From Macrostomum lignano (lineage: Eukaryota), in assembly GCA_002269645.1 (NCBI GenBank), contig NIVC01000207.1:1-58012 (forward strand): a stretch of 58,012 nucleotides of DNA, given 5' to 3'. A program made the translations under genes and the position numbers. The notes below the pieces were generated by a model that saw only the letters and a list, made by a program, of their open reading frames with translations, searched no databases and was not told where the DNA came from. Shown piece by piece: positions 56,901 to 58,012 of this stretch (position 1 is the first letter of the stretch; the number at the start of each line of letters is the position of its first letter).

Positions 56901-58012
56901 CTCAATGGGGCTGATATACACAGGTGCAAAGATGACGCAGAGCCCGCTACTCTCAGCATCTCTAACTAGCCCTGTCGCTGTCAATATATAGAATTAAATG
57001 GAGAGCTTAGAAATGACACTCAATGGGGCTGATATACACAGGTGCAAAGATGACGCAGAGCCCGCTACTCTCAGCATCTCTAACTAGCCCTGTCGCTGTC
57101 AATATATAGAATTAAATGGAGAGCTTAGAAATGACACTCAATGGGGCTGATATACACAGGTGCAAAGATGACGCAGAGCCCGCTACTCTCAGCATCTCTA
57201 ACTAGCCTGTCGCTGTCAATATATAGAATTAAATGGAGAGCTTAGAAATGACACTCAATGGGGCTGATATACACAGGTGCAAAGATGACGCAGAGCCCGC
57301 TACTCTCAGCATCTCTAACTAGCCCTGTCGCTGTCAATATATAGAATTAAATGGAGAGCTTAGAAATGACACTCAATGGGGCTGATATACACAGGTGCAA
57401 AGATGACGCAGAGCCCGCTACTCTCAGCATCTCTAACTAGCCCTGTCGCTGTCAATATATAGAATTAAATGGAGAGCTTAGAAATGACACTCAATGGGGC
57501 TGATATACACAGGTGCAAAGATGACGCAGAGCCCGCTACTCTCAGCATCTCTAACTAGCCTGTCGCTGTCAATATATAGAATTAAATGGAGAGCTTAGAA
57601 ATGACACTCAATGGGGCTGATATACACAGGCAAAGATGACGCAGAGCCCGCTACTCTCAGCATCTCTAACTAGCCCTGTCGCTGTCAATATATAGAATTA
57701 AATGGAGAGCTTAGAAATGACACTCAATGGGGCTGATATACACAGGTGCAAAGATGACGCAGAGCCCGCTACTCTCAGCATCTCTAACTAGCCCTGTCGC
57801 TGTCAATATAGAATTAAATGGAGAGCTTAGAAATGACACTCAATGGGGCTGATATACACAGGTGCAAAGATGACGCAGAGCCCGCTACACTCAGCATCTC
57901 TAACTAGCCTGTCGCTGTCAATATATAGATTAAATGGAGAGCTTAGAAATGACACTCAATGGGGCTGATATACACAGGTGCAAAGATGACGCAGAGCCCG
58001 CTACTCAGCATC
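44943..58012. repeat. 118-bp satellite DNA array, about 111 near-identical copies, running off the window end
   Basis: Unit cgctgtcaatatatagaattaaatggagagcttagaaatgacactcaatggggctgatatacacaggtgcaaagatgacgcagagcccgctactctcagcatctctaactagccctgt; copies start at 44943, 45061, 45179 and so on; no ORF of 60 aa or more in the supplied track. Confidence 0.99.

Noticed and set aside
44943-58012. 118-bp unit as a 5S rRNA, spliced-leader RNA or hammerhead-ribozyme array
   Set aside because: No resemblance to the 5S sequence or its internal A/C boxes, no spacer between units, no recognisable SL exon/Sm site, and no CUGAnGA plus GAAA core on either strand.

Overview
Eukaryotic, intron-containing, repeat-rich animal DNA. 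Composition and simple-repeat content resemble the flatworm Macrostomum lignano, but this is inference only. Main content: (1) a tandem cluster of four five-exon torsin (ER/nuclear-envelope AAA+ ATPase) paralogs on the minus strand at 2.2-22.9 kb. All splice junctions were reconstructed by hand. They share intron phases but differ in N-termini, sensor-1 residue, DYT1-equivalent site and C-terminal tails; one tail ends in a KDEL-like RNEL and that gene carries a 1-nt frameshift. (2) A five-exon gene of about 843 aa (minus, 36.6-43.8 kb) ending in a highly atypical AGC-like kinase domain, whose stop-codon region has been amplified into a 24-bp minisatellite. (3) A small signal-peptide ORF with a cationic C-terminus (plus, 31.1-31.4 kb). 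(4) The last exon of a fibrinogen-related-domain gene at the left edge. (5) Gypsy remnants, an internally deleted Tc1/IS630-type element, and two ultra-short hAT-like MITEs with perfect 8-bp TSDs. (6) Many mini- and microsatellites, and a near-perfect 118-bp satellite of about 111 copies from 44.9 kb to the window end. Most long ORFs in the supplied track are repeat artefacts.
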